Positions 38,640 to 52,556 of a DNA stretch of 64,000 nucleotides are shown in pieces; position 1 is the stretch's first letter; each line of letters begins with the position of its first letter. Made by a program: the position numbers and the translations under genes. The stretch comes from Lama guanicoe (Eukaryota): assembly GCA_013239625.1 (NCBI GenBank), contig MU053493.1:877793-941792 (forward strand). The letters are read 5' to 3'. The notes below the pieces were generated by a model that saw only the letters and a program-made list of their open reading frames with translations, was not told the origin of the DNA and made no database searches.

Positions 38640-39900
38640 GATCACCTTATGCATTGTCTTTTTATATCCTCCAATATGCCAATACCTACACACCAGCTGT
38701 ATTTTTTTTTAATGGCTACATAGTAATCTACAGGATGGATGTAACGCAATTTATTTATCCAAACCCTGTTGATGAATATTCAGCTTCCAGTCTTTCCTCA
38801 AATCAACAGTGCTGCAGCAAATATTTTTATATGTACATCACAGTTCATATAGGGGAATATTTAAGATAGAGTCCTAGTGTAAAATTCATGAATTAAAATT
38901 TAAAATAGATACACATTTTAAACTTTGACAAAAGCACCTAGTTTTTCTGAATGACTAGATAGAACTTTAGATTCCCACCAAAGATGAGTGAGAGCATCCA
39001 TTACTCTGCATCCTTTAAGTTGTTAATTTCAACATAATAGAGGAGGGGGAAAAAGCCTTATTATGGTCTTAGTTGGCTATGTCTTGATTAACACCTTTTC
39101 ACACGTTTATTGGCTATGTTTCAGCCTTCTGTGAGAGTCATGTTCACAGTCTAAATTTTTCTATTGAAACGTTTTCCTTTCTTACTAGTTTTTAGACCTC
39201 TTTATATAGTCTAGATATTAACGCTTTGTGGATTAAACATATTGCAATATCTTCCACCAGTCTATTACTTGCCTTTTAACTTTTGGTGATTTTTTTTTCT
39301 AAGGAAGATTTCAGATTTCATGAAGGTAAACATTTCATTAGATTTATTCATGGATTCAGAGTTTTACACTTTGCTTAGAAATACTTTTATGCCACTCCAA
39401 TACAATGAAGCACCACCCTATATTTTTTTCTATTACGTATATGATTTTGATTTTTATTTGGCCTTTGCAACACCTCAGTATTACAAAAACACTCTAATAT
39501 TTTTCTAAGTTTACAGCTCCTCTTTTAATTAGAAGTTTATTGTTTTTATAATGTAAGGGAACATTTTTTTCCATAAGGAAGTTATTTTTTAAATGTGCTA
39601 TTTATTTACCACTGACTTGAAACATTCTTTTTAAATTTTTCATAAACTACTATCCTATCAATATAAAAATATATTTGTTTTTTAAAATTTAATACATTTT
39701 CCATTGTGGTTTAAAAACCACAAAATTTACTATTTTAACCATTTTTACTACTCTTTCAGTTGTGTTTTTTAAACTTCATTTGTTTGGATTTTGTTTCTTT
39801 GTGGGTTAAAACTGATAATTTATAGTGTCTTCAAAAAGTGTCCATTTTTCCCAGATATTTAAATGTGTTAGTATAATTTTATAGAATATCTTCCTGTATT
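38640..39900 (-). mobile_element. Ancient L1 remnant
   Basis: T-rich antisense L1-like text (aatttatttatccaaaccctgttgatgaatatt; attgcaatatcttc). Confidence 0.5.
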
Positions 39901-39954
39901 GTCAGTATTCTCTCTCTCCCCCTGCTCAGTCTCTCTCTATCTATCCAAAGCATA

Positions 39955-40292
39955 TGACGTTTTTTCACAGAACTAGGACAAATACTTCTAAAATTTGTAT
40001 GGAAACACAAAAGACCCTGAATAGCCAAAACAGTCTTGAGAAAGAATAGAGCAGGAGGTATCACACTTTCTGACTTCAGACTGTACTATAAAGCTGTGGT
40101 ACTGCAAACAGTATGGTACTGGCACAAAAACAGACACATAGACCATGGACCCAGAGATGAACTCACACTTGTATGGTCAATTAATCTACCCCAAAGAAGG
40201 CAAGAATATACAATGAGGGGTGGAGGAAGATAGCCTCTTCAATAAATGCCATTGGTATTTTGATAGGATTGCACTGAATCTGTAGATTGCCA
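39955..40292 (+). mobile_element. L1 ORF2 internal fragment with a small inverted piece
   Basis: [38 protein letters not shown]. Confidence 0.85.
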
Positions 40293-40802
40293 GATAAAGG
40301 AAGCTTTAAGTAGCTTGAAGCCAAGCTTAGTCCTGGCTCCCCCTCATCTCAGCCACCAGAGACTCATTGATTTGCTTGTCACTTTCCTAGCTCAAGACAA
40401 CAGTTTCTGGACTGAGCCCCTGAGTTAAGAACTAGGATCTCACATGGCTAGTGAGCCACTGCTCTGAAGCAAGAGCTGGGGACCTACAAGAGCCCCACCT
40501 CCACCTCTATTCTACATGCTTGTCTTGATGCTGTCTTGAAGGCCAGAGCAATGATGCTACTTGTAGAAACCAGTGCTCCTGGGCATGCAGAGGAATGCTT
40601 CCCTGTGTAAGGAAGTAGAGCTAAGCACAGGGGAGGGGGACCAAGCCCTAATTCTTGGGCACAGTGCAACTGAGGAAGGTGAGACATGGAGAAGGGATTT
40701 TTAGAACTAGAGGACAGCGTGAGTGTCTCAGAATCCTAGGGCAGAAGAACAGTACATAACGGGAAAGAGAAAGATATGAGAGCTCCAAGGCAAAAGAGAG
40801 TG

Positions 40803-41500
40803 TTTTTTTAAAAAATTGAAGTGTAGTTGATTTACAATATTGTGTTAATTTCAAGTGTGCAGCAAAGTGATTCAGATATATATACACATATATGTATATA
40901 TATATATCAGATTATTTTCTACTATAGGTTATTACATGATATTGAATATTGTTCCCTGTGTTTTACAGTAAATCCTTATTGTTTACCTATTTTGTATACA
41001 GTAGTGTGCATCTGTTAATCCCGAACTCCTAATTCATCCCTCCCCTGCCTTCCACTTTAGTAACCATAGTTTGTTTTCTATGTCTGAGTCTGTTTCTGTT
41101 TCTGAAGTAAATAGATATATTTATATTATTTTTTAGATTACACATATAAGTGATATCATAAAAAATTTGTTCCTTCTCTGTCTGATTTACTGCAGTTACT
41201 CTGTTAATCTCTAGGTCCATCCATGTTGCTGCAAATGGCAATATTTCATTCCTTTTATGGCTGAGTAATATTCCATTGTACATATATACCACATCTTCTT
41301 TATCCAATCATCTGTCAATGGACACAGGCTGTGTCCATGTCTTGGCTATTGTAAATAGTGCTGCCATGAATACTTAGGGGCAATGTATCTTTTTGAATGA
41401 GAGTTTTCATCTTTTCCAGATACATGACCAGGAGTGGGATTGCTGGATTATATGGAAGCTCCATTTTTAGGTTTTGTCTTTTTTTAAGGAACCTACATAT
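40803..41500 (-). mobile_element. L1 3' end
   Basis: Minus ORFs ELPYNPAIPLL..YLEKMKTLIQKD and KRNEILPFAATWMDLE. Confidence 0.9.
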
Positions 41501-42468
41501 TGAAGGCAAAAAAGAGTTCTTAACTGTGCCCAGGACTAGCTCTTCCCCATCTCTTTCCTAAACATCAAGATATCACTTAATGGTAGTCACATTTCCTGGA
41601 CTCAACACACAGCATCTATATTTTCTGTGATTAAGCAGGGATGATAACTTGTTTAATTAAAAGACAAAACTAAGGCATCCTCTGGCCAGTCTCAGGCAGC
41701 AGTCACAATATATTACTTTAGGCTGGTAATAGTTATGTGTGAATTTTTCCCACACTTATGAGGAAGTGGGGAAGAAAGGGGTGCAGTAAAAGTGTAAGAA
41801 GAGAGGCTGGGGGAAATCTTGATAATCAGATTTGCCCTGGAGCCCCCTACTTGCCTCAGTCATTTTAAATCACAAATTATCCATCAGAAACTTGGAGACT
41901 CTTAACTTTCTACTTCAATTTTTGGTTGTATTTTACCTTAGATAATTTTCTCAAATTGGATAACCTGGAGACTCATTTATTTGCTTGTCACTTTTCCATT
42001 AGAAGGTTGAATCCATTTCTGTTTTCATTATTGGTACACAGAGGCTGGTCCAAAATTGCCTTCACCCAAATCCCCCATGGATGAACATACAGCATTTTAA
42101 TAAGCTGGCTCTTTGCTTTGGGAAGAATTTATAACGGGTAAAATAAATCTCCTTATCTTTGAAGCAATACCTCACTTGTGACAGCAGACACACACAATCA
42201 TAAAGGTTGGGAGGTTAGCTTGAATGTGAGGCCAGTGCACGCAATAATCCAGGATCCCTTCTTTAAAAGTTCAGTACTGAGGCTGTTATGCAGCATTTTA
42301 TTAGATGGTAAAGAGCTCCCTTTGTTCAAATATTATACTCCATGAACTTCTAAGTTGTCAAAGTTCTCCCTAAACAATGCGCACCTTTGGCCATCATTAA
42401 CAAAGATGCAGCTAAGCTGAGAAAATCCAATGATTCCCTTTCACAGAGATCATAGGGAGGACACGTAC

Positions 42469-43009
42469 TGCAACAGAAAAGAACAAATCTGACTCCATAC
42501 TAGATCTGTTCCTTTGGCTTTAACACGGTGTCTTGTTTTCTAGGCTCAGTCTTGCTGGCTCTGCACCTTTTTAAAAAGAATGTTGCCTTTTGCCTGAAAT
42601 ATATAGGAGAGCCTATTCTCAAGGCTCTGACCTTTAAGGATGTTAACAGTTTTGCACTCCTATAAACATAACAAGTTTTGCAGAAGAGAAAATAACATTT
42701 GTTATGTTGGAGATTTATAGGGACACCATGATCTAACCCAGGTGGACAGCTGCAAGAACAGAGGATTCCAACAACAAAGAATTCCTACACCAAGAAGTTG
42801 CAACAACCAAGCATACCCCACCTCCCCTTTTTAGTATAAAAGGAGCTTGAATTCTGACTTGGGGAAGATGGTTCTCCAAGGACATTAGCCTGCCATCTTC
42901 TCCGTCTGCTGGCTTTCTGAATAAGGTTGCTATTCCTTGTCCCAACACCTCGTCTCCTGATTTATTGGCCTGTCGTGCGGCGAGCAGAAAGAATTTGGAT
43001 TCAGTAACA
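42469..43009 (+). mobile_element. Solo ERV LTR, family copy 1
   Basis: TG...CA termini; TATA tataaaaggagc; flanks gtac/atac. Confidence 0.85.
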
Positions 43010-43958
43010 ATACTTGGCACAATCTGCTGACCTCACCAATAAATGACACTGTCTGCAGAACCTGGGGCCTGGATCCTTTCACACTGTGAAATGGAAAGCT
43101 GCAGATTTTAAACGGAGACACGTGAACACTGGTGAAAACTCTAACATCACTTAAGAACTGATCCCCCGAGTAATATTTGTAGCTATTGTTTCTCTTCTAT
43201 TCAGAGCATGCCCTTCCAGTAAAGGCACGCTGAACCGGACATCTGAGCTCTTTCAAGAAATCAGCTTGCAGTAAGCCTGAGTGAACTGCAGAGTCAGAGC
43301 CCAGAGTGATAACTGTTCTGTTATCATCTATGATAGGCGGTGAATCATCACTTATGCGTCCCGTTTGTAACGTGAAAAATACTACAGTCACACAGAGTAA
43401 CAGGAGGCTTAGTAAATTTATAAATCCAAAGAAAGCAGGGGCCTTCAGGATAAATCTGCCAAAGGCCACCAGATGTCCAGTCACCTGGTCCAGATATGCT
43501 CTCCCCCAGCTGATATCACGTTCCATTGCTCCATTTTTCAATATTCTAAACAGTAACAAACCTCCATCAAGTCTGCGTGACCGTCTCAGGAGAATTCATA
43601 CTGCTCATCTACTTCTGATTTGGAATATTTCTCAGCGGTCAGTCAATCCTATATCCTGGAAAGTGCTGTTAGACAGATGGTAATACAGATGTTGTAGTGA
43701 CCACTCTGGATTTCTTTCTAGCAAATGCACACGCTAGACTCTAGGCCTCTCCAAATATCCCCTCCCACAGCACGGAATCCACCTCTCACTGCTTCTCTCA
43801 AATCAGAACCCAGACTGAGCCAAACTTCTTCACCTGATCAACTCTGCTTAAAGAACCAGAAAGCGGTGAAGAATCATGTGGCATTTTCTAGTGGCATGGC
43901 CCACCATGATGAGCCTCTATCACACACAGACTTGTCCTCCCAAAAGAAAGGCCACTGC

Positions 43959-44474
43959 TATAATAGGGAACGAACAAATCTGACTCCATATGAGATCTGT
44001 TCCTTTGGCTCTAACCCTGTGCTCTGTTTTCCCAGGTTTAGTCATGCTAGTTCTGCACCTTTTGTAAAAGAATGTTGCCTAGAGCCTGAAATATACATGG
44101 TAGCCTATTCTCAAGGCTCTGACCTTTGAAGATATAACACTTTTCCATTTATATAGAGATAAAAAGTTGCAACAGGGAGTAAAATTTTTCTTGTTGGAGG
44201 TTTACAGGGACATTATGACCTGACCTATGTGGACAGCTGCAAGAACAAAGGATTCTAACACCAAACTCTGACAGTTTGCAACAACTAACTGCTTTTTAGT
44301 ATAAAAGGAGCCTGAATTCTGACTTGGGGAAGATGATGCTCCAGGACATTAGTCTGCCATCTTCTCAGTCTGTCGCTTTGTCAAATAAAGTTGTTATTCC
44401 TTGCTGCAACATTTCATTCTTCTGACTTACTGGCTTGTCATGCAGGGAGCAGTACAAGCCTGGACTCAGTAACG
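43959..44474 (+). mobile_element. Solo ERV LTR, family copy 2
   Basis: Aligns end-to-end with copy 1 (gaacaaatctgactccata...ggactcagtaac); TATA and AATAAA present. Confidence 0.85.
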
Positions 44475-45177
44475 ATGCTACAATCTAGAGAAACTGTTAC
44501 CCCTTTCACTTAGGTGTCTTCCTTTTCTGTCCCGTTGCATCAAATCAGCTTCTGGGAATGTTAAAAATTGGATCTGTGGTCTTTACCTCAGATCTGTTAA
44601 ATTAAAAGAATGGAGCTCAGGAACTTTTCCTTTTTAATGTTTCCAGATAGTTTACATATTGTACTTTGAGAATCATTTGGGGTCGGTTTTCACTAAGACT
44701 CACTTCTGCCCCAATGTTCTGTGGCTCTGGTAACATTCAAAGATGTAAGCGTGTACCACAAAGGAGCACCCTGCAACCATTGGCCACCCCATCCTCAAAC
44801 CATCGCCACGACTGTGCTCAGGAGAACACACAGGGCAGAACGGGATTGGGAAAGACGTGAAGACTGAACATCACGGATGTGGCATCAAGTTCAGTGCCTT
44901 CACGTCTGACACTGCAGTCTTAGTTACAGCACTTAACCTCTCTAAATTCAGGTTCTCTACCTGCAAAAGGAGACTGAAGACAGAAAAATAGAAATGCTTC
45001 CCAGATTGCAAGAAGATTAAATGAACTGATGAAAGTACAGGATCTTGTACATGATGATGCTCAATTGATACTGGAATTTACTCAGTTAATGAACTACTAG
45101 TTTCCTTTCCAATTTCCCATCTGGAAAGTGATGCTGACAGCACCCTCTGGCTTGTGGGTTATTTTGAAGATCACATT

Positions 45178-45667
45178 AAGAGACAAGATGGGACCTGGGG
45201 CCTGGGACCCTGTGCTGTTGTGCCGACACCTGGACTAACATCTCCTGGAGCAACAGAATAAAAGGAAACTATAAGGAACTAAAAATAACTGCATGCATAT
45301 GCAGCTCAGTTCAGGCAAGTTATGAACAATAAGATATAAAAAGATCAAAACCTAACAACCTAACTGCCACCTATGAGCTGTCCAGAGCAAAAGCAGGGTA
45401 CTGCACACGATCCTTGCACACAGCACCACTAGCAGGTGGGCAGACCATTTAAGCCACTCCTGTGGCCCACCAGTCGTCCCCTACTCTCACCCCATTTAAG
45501 GAACCAGCTCACCTCCCCCCCATCAGGAAGTGGACAAGGGAGCATGTTACTTATTCCCCCTCCCTCGTGCTGCGACACAAGTACCAAGAAACCCTTGCCT
45601 GAATTTCTCATCTGGTCTCTTATCAATTTCTATTAATTAAGGAGACCAAGAACCCTGGTTGGTAACA
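45178..45667 (+). mobile_element. Solo ERV LTR (different family)
   Basis: gagacaagatgggacctgggg...ccttgcctgaatttctcatctgg...aagaaccctggttggtaaca terminus. Confidence 0.65.
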
Positions 45668-45786
45668 GATGTAAGTGAGAGATATTCTCTACAGATACCA
45701 TTGTGAAGAGTGGGGACCCTGAATTCCTTCCCCTGCCTTGAAGGAGGAAGCGACAAGGTGACGAGGGAATCTGAGAGATGAGTTAC

Positions 45787-46508
45787 ATGGCTGGCTGAAA
45801 AATGGACCTAAGATGCCCACGTCCTTATCCCTGGAATCTGTAAATATGTTACTTGACAGATGTGATTAAGTTAAGGACTTTGAGATGGGGAGATTATTTT
45901 GGATTATCCAGGTGGGCCCTAAATGTAATATAATTGCCCTTATAAAAGAGATACAGAAGGAGATTTGGCTATGAAGGGAAAGGGGCAATGTGACAAAGAA
46001 GCAGGAGGAGGAAGTGCCATGTGCTACAAGGAAGGGGCCATAATCCAGAAACTAAAAAAGGCAAGGAGACAGCGTCTCCCTTAGGGCCTCCGGAAAGACC
46101 TATCCTTTTTCTTCAAAACTATCATTTTTCTTTTTAAAATGTCTTCTTTGCTTTTGGTTCCTTGATATTCAAAGATGATGTTTTAGTGAGTTAAACATTC
46201 TAGATGCATTCATCTTTGAAAGAGAGATGGTTTCAAATCTGTAATTGCCATGAATATTTAAATTGTCTCAAATTATTGTATGGGTTTGATTTTGTTTGAT
46301 ATAAATGAATTTGTTTACTGAATTAAATATTCACTTGATAATTAAGTATAAATCTAAAACAAAAAAACCCAACCAACAACCTCGATGTTGTCCCCACGAG
46401 ACTCATTTCAGAGTTCTGACCGCCAGAACTATAAGGGGATACATTTCTCTTGTTTTAAGCCACCAAATTGATAGTATTTTGTTACATCAGCCCTAGGAAA
46501 CTAATACA
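45787..46508 (+). mobile_element. MLT1-like LTR with an internal insert
   Basis: ctggaatctgtaaatatgttac...gagatggggagattattttggattatccaggtgggccctaaatgtaat...aggaaactaataca. Confidence 0.75.
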
Positions 46509-47545
46509 GGAGGATTTTTAAATGAAAATATTTCTAAGAAAATAAGGGCAGTATTTTAATAATTTATAGAGGAGAAGTAGCTGAAACTCTTAATAAGATG
46601 GTTTGAACTCATATACATTTACCTGCTAGCACTGACAGGGCATCCACTAAGCACCCGGCACAGGGCAGCCTAGTGTCAGACTGACACAGTCTACAGCTGT
46701 GTGTATCCCTGTTCCCTTTGTGCCTCCCCCCGCCACACACACACCACCGGAATCATCTCTTGGAAGGATGCTAAATGCAGATCTAGGATAGAGACAGACT
46801 GGCACAATTTCCCCAGAACCGGGTTGCAGTGTCTCCAGAATCAGCTTCCTGGAATCTTTTCAGCCTTTGAGTTTCTCAGATCCCCTCCAGGGATCCCGTC
46901 CCCATAGAGTCTGCTCAGGTCAGGAGACCCAACAGGAAGGGTAGAATTTTTTCCCTCCCCATCCCTACCAATTTTCTCTGCTAGCTGTCTCCATTTTATT
47001 TGTTTCCTTTTTGTCCCATTTTTTACATCCTCATTCTCTCTGCCAGAATCTTATTGCCGACTGATTGTAAAGCTTGGTTCTGTAGTTAAAACAAAACCCA
47101 TGTAGCCAATGCACAGAGGCCCCTGAGCTAAGAATAGGATGATCGTATAATTTATCATCCACACAGGGCACTTCTGCATTCAAAGCAGCACTGAGACTGG
47201 GGATCTGCTGGAGCTGCCAAGTTCCAGCAGCAGACAGTGGCACAGCCATCCAAAGTGGGACTGCAGCAGGAGGGTCCTCCATCAGCCAGGCCCCCCTCTT
47301 CCCTTGTCCTCATTGACATGACAGGCTTGTGGCTGTCTTGAGTTTCTAGGAGAGCCCTTCAGAAGCCTCGAGGGCTGAGCAGAGTCGCCTGGGATGGAGA
47401 AGAGAACACCGGTTTCTTCACTCTGTTTCTCCAAGGACATCACCTGAACCAGAGCCAGTTGCTTTCCTAGGCAGGGAACGTGACTCTATAGACCAGCGGG
47501 TAGCCCAGCCTCCTGGGTGCTGGTCCAGATTGTAGTCTCTCGCTG

Positions 47546-48053
47546 TGTAATAGAAAAGAACAAATCTGAATCCATATTAGATCTGTTCCTTTGGCTTTAA
47601 CTCTGTGCTCTGGTTCTGGGCTGGTTCTGCACCTCTTGTGAAAGAATGTTGCCTAGAGCCTGAAATATACAGAAGAGCCAATTCTCAAGGCTCTGACCTT
47701 TAAGGGTACAACATTTTTCCATTTATAGAAAGATAAAAAGTTGCAAAACAGAAAATTACACTTGTCTTGTTGAAAGTTTATAGGAACACCATGACCTGAC
47801 CTACATGGACAGCTGCAAGGACAAAGGATTCTGACACCAAGAAGTTTGCAACAACAACGACACCCCTTCCCTTTTGTAGTGTAAAAGGAGCCTGAATTCT
47901 GATGTGGGGAAGATGGTTCTCCATGACATTAGTTTGCCATCTCCTCGGTCTGTCAGCTTTCCAAATAAAGTCACTATTCCTTGCCCCAACACCTTATCTT
48001 CCAGTGTGCTGTCCTCTGGTGCAGCGAGCAGAACAAGTTTGGACTCAGTAACA
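47546..48053 (+). mobile_element. Solo ERV LTR, family copy 3
   Basis: tgtaatagaaaagaacaaatctgaatccatattagatctg...ggactcagtaaca; AATAAA present. Confidence 0.85.
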
Positions 48054-48202
48054 CCTAGTAGAATCATCAGGTTAATGAATGGGGAAAATATGATTTCCAC
48101 TTGCATGAAGTTACTCCTCGTGTCCTTCAGACACCATTTTAAAAAATGCAAGGATGTTCTTAGCCCAGAGGTTAAAATCCTATGTTTCAAAGCTAGGGTT
48201 TA

Positions 48203-48348
48203 GAAGGGATGGTGTAGTTCAGTGGTGAGTGTGTGCTTAGCATGAATGGGGTCCTGAGTTCAATCCCCAGTATTTCCATTAAAAAATAACTAAATGTAAA
48301 TAAATATTAAATAAACCTAATTGCTTACTCCCTCAAAAAAAAAAACAC
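48203..48348 (+). mobile_element. Vic-1-like tRNA SINE
   Basis: tgtagttcagtggtgagtgtgtgcttagcatg...gagttcaatccccagtatttccattaaaa. Confidence 0.8.
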
Positions 48349-48660
48349 AAAGGAAAAATGTACAAGACTGACACACAAAAAAATCTAGAAAATATTGAAA
48401 AAATTTTTAGGAAAAACAAATAGAGTGATATACTGTGTTTATAGATTGAAGGATTAAATATTGTAAAAATGTCAGTTCTCCCCAAATTGATCTGTATTTT
48501 CAATACAACAACAACAACAAAACCAATATCCTACGGTTTAGCAAAAATCATACTATCATGGAGTTGGTGGCCAGATGGGGGTGGAATAAGTAAGCTGTTT
48601 TACATGTTTCAAATGCTCTCATGGAAATTAGCCCATGAATGCTATCCTAAATCTCTATAT

Positions 48661-49207
48661 TGTAACTGGAAATGTCCTCCAACTGAAGACCCCCAGCAAC
48701 ACGCCTGCTGTTGAACAAGTTGGGCTTATTATTCACTAGCGTTAGGAAGACCACATCCAAGGCCCCTGTGGGGAGCTGGGGGCGTCTCAGTAAGAGGGAG
48801 TCAGAAAGGACCCATTGCAGGACTCAGGCTTGTGTTGGGTGATTTGGGGAGAGGGTTCTAGGAAGCAGGGATGCTGTGATGCTGTCAGGAAGAGGGTAAT
48901 CCTGTACTTGGACGTCTTCATAAACTGCATCTGGAAGAAAGGCAGACTCGACCAGGACAGTAGCCTTCTTTGTAAAGGAGCAGCACCCTCTCCCTCTACT
49001 GGGGACAAGGGTGTGTTTGGCCCATTTTGTGGCTTCCTGCTTTGTTCGTGTTCAGACGTGACGACACAGCAATCTGACTCTCGTCCTGATCCATCACCCT
49101 CGCCAGGTGGCCTTGCCTGGTGATGCTCTGTGAGGTTGTCAGGAAGCATCCAGCCGTGAGTGCTGGACCAGCTCCTGCAGGTCAGGGGCAACTCTTCTCT
49201 TTCTCAT
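48661..49207 (-). mobile_element. ERV LTR (MER21-like)
   Basis: tgtaactggaaatg...gggcttattattcac...gcgtctcagtaagaggg...ttgtgttgggtgatttggggagaggg...ttttctca. Confidence 0.55.
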
Positions 49208-50734
49208 AATGAAGCAGTAATAGCCACTGCAAAATATGACCAAGTTTAGCACTTGCTTTGTTCTTTTTTACAAAGGGATTATCATTAAATAACGTCTCAT
49301 CATATTGTTTTCTTTAGATAAACACTGGAATACAGTCCTTAATGGGGTAGAGATGCTATTTCAAATCATGGGCTGCATAAACGAAAAGTAATCAAAAGGC
49401 CTGGGGCTAAAGACAATCTCATCTTGCAATATACAAAGATGCAATGTCTGTCTGCAACTTTGAACCAAACCCCAGGAGACCACTGTGTGTGTCCTCATCA
49501 GGCCAGGCACCTCCCTCCCCACAACATGCCTTCCTCACAGCAGGCAGTTCCCTCACTTACGCTGCCCTTCCACCCACAGCCCCATGGATGTCTCTCCAAC
49601 ACCCTGACCTTTCGTCTACTCTGGAGAGTTTCCCAACAGCCCCTGCCAGTGTGTCCTCCCATTTCAAGGACAGTCGAGGATAAAGATGTAAAAGCTGCCT
49701 TCATCTCATGCTGGTCCATCCTGGCAGGATGGGGAGACCCCTGCCTGCTGCTCTAAGCACAGCCAGAAATCTAGAATAACACAAGTAGCAATCAGAGGAC
49801 TCCAAAATCTGATCAGAGGGTGGAGGGCTAGTTTGAGAGCCTAGTGAAGGGAGGGACAGTGGCAGAGACACTTGTGTTCCCCTTGCCCAACAGTAGGGGG
49901 ACTCCAGCCCAGTATCTGAAGGCAGCCAGGTGGGCTCCTTCCCCCTCTGGTGGCACAAGGTCCCTCTGACAGCCCAGGCCAGCCCGACGCCACTAGCAAA
50001 GGGATGGATCTGACCCCCCACAATGGCACTGGTCATTTATGCCAGTGGAGACATTGTTTCCTCACAAGCTGAGACCTCCCTCCTTACCCAGGGATACCAG
50101 GGCGTGGGCAGCCACGCCCGGAGATCTCTTTGTCCCACCTGATGAGAGAACCTCAGCACCTGGGCCTGAGAGAGCCCCTTCCTCCCCTCAGGCAGCCTCA
50201 GCAGGGGCAACAGGGACCCCGAGACACCAGGCAAACCAAGCAGGAGAACAGAACGCGGCAAAGACTTGGAAAACTACGCCGTCATTGGAACCACAACCCA
50301 CAGACTAGGCCAAGACCACAGGCCAAACAGGAGACTGCCTGCTGTTCGAGAAGATTCAGAGAGGACCCAGAGTCCCCGTCACGACAGACAAAATGTCCAC
50401 GATGGGGAAAACCACCAGCTGTACCAGGAACTAGGACAACCACAGCTCGACTGAGTAGGATGTTGAAATTATCTGACCCACCAGGCCTTTAAAGCAGTCC
50501 TGTGGAAAACGCTTCAACAATGACAAATCCTCTTGAAATAAATGAAACTCACAGAGACCCTGGTCCTTTCCCTCTGCCCCAGACTGGCAGCCACTTTTTA
50601 GAGATGCTGCTTGTGTTACACCTTATTTTTTATTTTTCTTGTCTGTACGAGGTCTTTTCTTTGTTGTCACGGCCAGTGATAAAAGAAACGTTCACATCTG
50701 GGGACACAGAGAAGTCAATTCTGGCTTATACATG

Positions 50735-51160
50735 AGTTAACTTGAATTTGATGCTCACTGGAACAGTCCATTTGCTGCCGATTGAACATACATTGTACAT
50801 CCACTGTCTTTAAAGAAAAGGACACACTGACCAGAAGTAAAGACTGTCCATGTTAAAAATACAGGTTAAATGCCCATCTTCCTGGGACACCAGTGCTGGT
50901 CCTCCTTGGATGCAAAGTCCCAGGTGCCAAGGCTGGGTGTGTACGTGCTGGGCTGTTTTTTTTTTTTCTGCAAACTTGAAGAAATGTATCCCTGACTTAC
51001 TTGTTTAATGTTCTTTGTTCTGACAAGATATAAAATTGTGCTGAAACCACGCTTCTCCGGAGCAGTTTCTCAGAGGACTTCTGGGCTAGTCCTCCATTTG
51101 GCTCAAATAAAACTCTTTCCTATTCTTTCTCTTGATTGTTTATTGATTATTTGCATCGAC
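50735..51160 (+). mobile_element. Solo ERV LTR
   Basis: agatataaaattgtgctg...ttggctcaaataaaactc...ttgattatttgcatcgac end. Confidence 0.6.
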
Positions 51161-52556
51161 CTTGGTTCGGGACATCTCAGCATCTGCATCCTACAAAGAG
51201 GAGTGATGGCCATGGCTTTTGGTCAGGTTTGGGCGGGGGGACAGGGAAATCCCCTCCCTCCTCCAGACACTGACACATTTAAGGGAAGCAGAGCAGTGAG
51301 GATCCAGCACACGTGTGGGAAAGGGTTCCCCCCATGCGAGCAGGACAGTCGTCCTCGCCTGGGTCTCTCTAGGACCCCCACTGCCCACCCCTGAGGGCCA
51401 GCACCATTGCCTCCCGTTCTCTCCCCAGTGAAGAGGGTGGGGAACAGGAGCCAGAGCCGAGAGGGAGTAAGGGACACATCCTCAGTTGAGCCAGTCAGAT
51501 CTCGGGCATCACATGCAGTCAAGGAAGATGGAGGAGTTGGGAGGTGGGGGTGGGTGACCCTCCCCTGGGTGCCAGGGTTCTGGGGCTGGTGGTCAGCCTC
51601 ATTTCACACAGCCACAAACCTTCTGAGCACCTGCTTTGTTCACCAGCTGTCCCACCTGAGAGGGGCCTGGGCTAGATGACAAACTTCTCTTCTATCTCTT
51701 TCCCCTTCTCTCCCTCTGGCTCTCTCTCTATCTTACACCCTGGGGAGGGGTGGGGGGTCTCTTGATCTCCTGCTAGCCTTTGGAGGAGGACTCACTTGCA
51801 AAGCTTTGCAGTTAAGGGCACCTTTCAGGAGCTTCTGGACCTGGAGTGGGGGATGTCCATCACGCTTCTCAGTCACTGGCCACTCTTCACCTGTCTGACC
51901 ATTCTTCATCTGAAAGCTTCCATGTGCACGTTTCTGGGGTGGTGTCTGCCCTCCATCTGCACCAGCTGTGTGAGGGGGCTATGCAGGGTTGGGAAAACAT
52001 TCATTTGGAAGATGAAAAGAGGAGTTATATATCACACTGTCCTGGAAAATGCCTCAAAATCCTCCTTTGACTTTTTTTTCTAGGTCCCTCTGTCTCGGGT
52101 ATTGATCAGAGGTTATTCATTCATTGATCAAGTCTCATTAGCTGTGATCTTCTGTCCCTTATCTGGCCCACAAATCCCACCTCTAATTCACCTTAAAATT
52201 GGGGGGAATTCAGCTCACTCCTTCAGACTTGTTCAGCCTCCCAGCATAGTTCTCAACAAATGCTCTCTGGGGTGGACAGGGAATGAATACATGGTATTCC
52301 TCAATTCCTTCTTCAAGAATCTAAAGATAAATTGAATTATACCACTCTTCTGTTTACAAACTTCAGTGCCCCCTCCCTCATTGCTCTTAGAAAAAACAGT
52401 TGGAAATCTGGACACAGTGACCCCCACTGCCAGCATCACCCCAGCCCTCCCAGCTCCTTGCCACAGCCTGACTCCTTGTCTGGTGCCACTGATGGATGAG
52501 ACCCACCACCATGTTGCTGCCCTCTCCCTTCCTAGTCCTCCCCCTGGGTAACTTCT

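Noticed and set aside
43010..43958. Possible proviral interior or small gene between two LTRs (ORFs 43197-43559 and 43306-43683)
   Set aside because: No convincing PBS or retroviral protein motif, each LTR has its own TSD-like flanks, and the ORFs resemble nothing I recognise.
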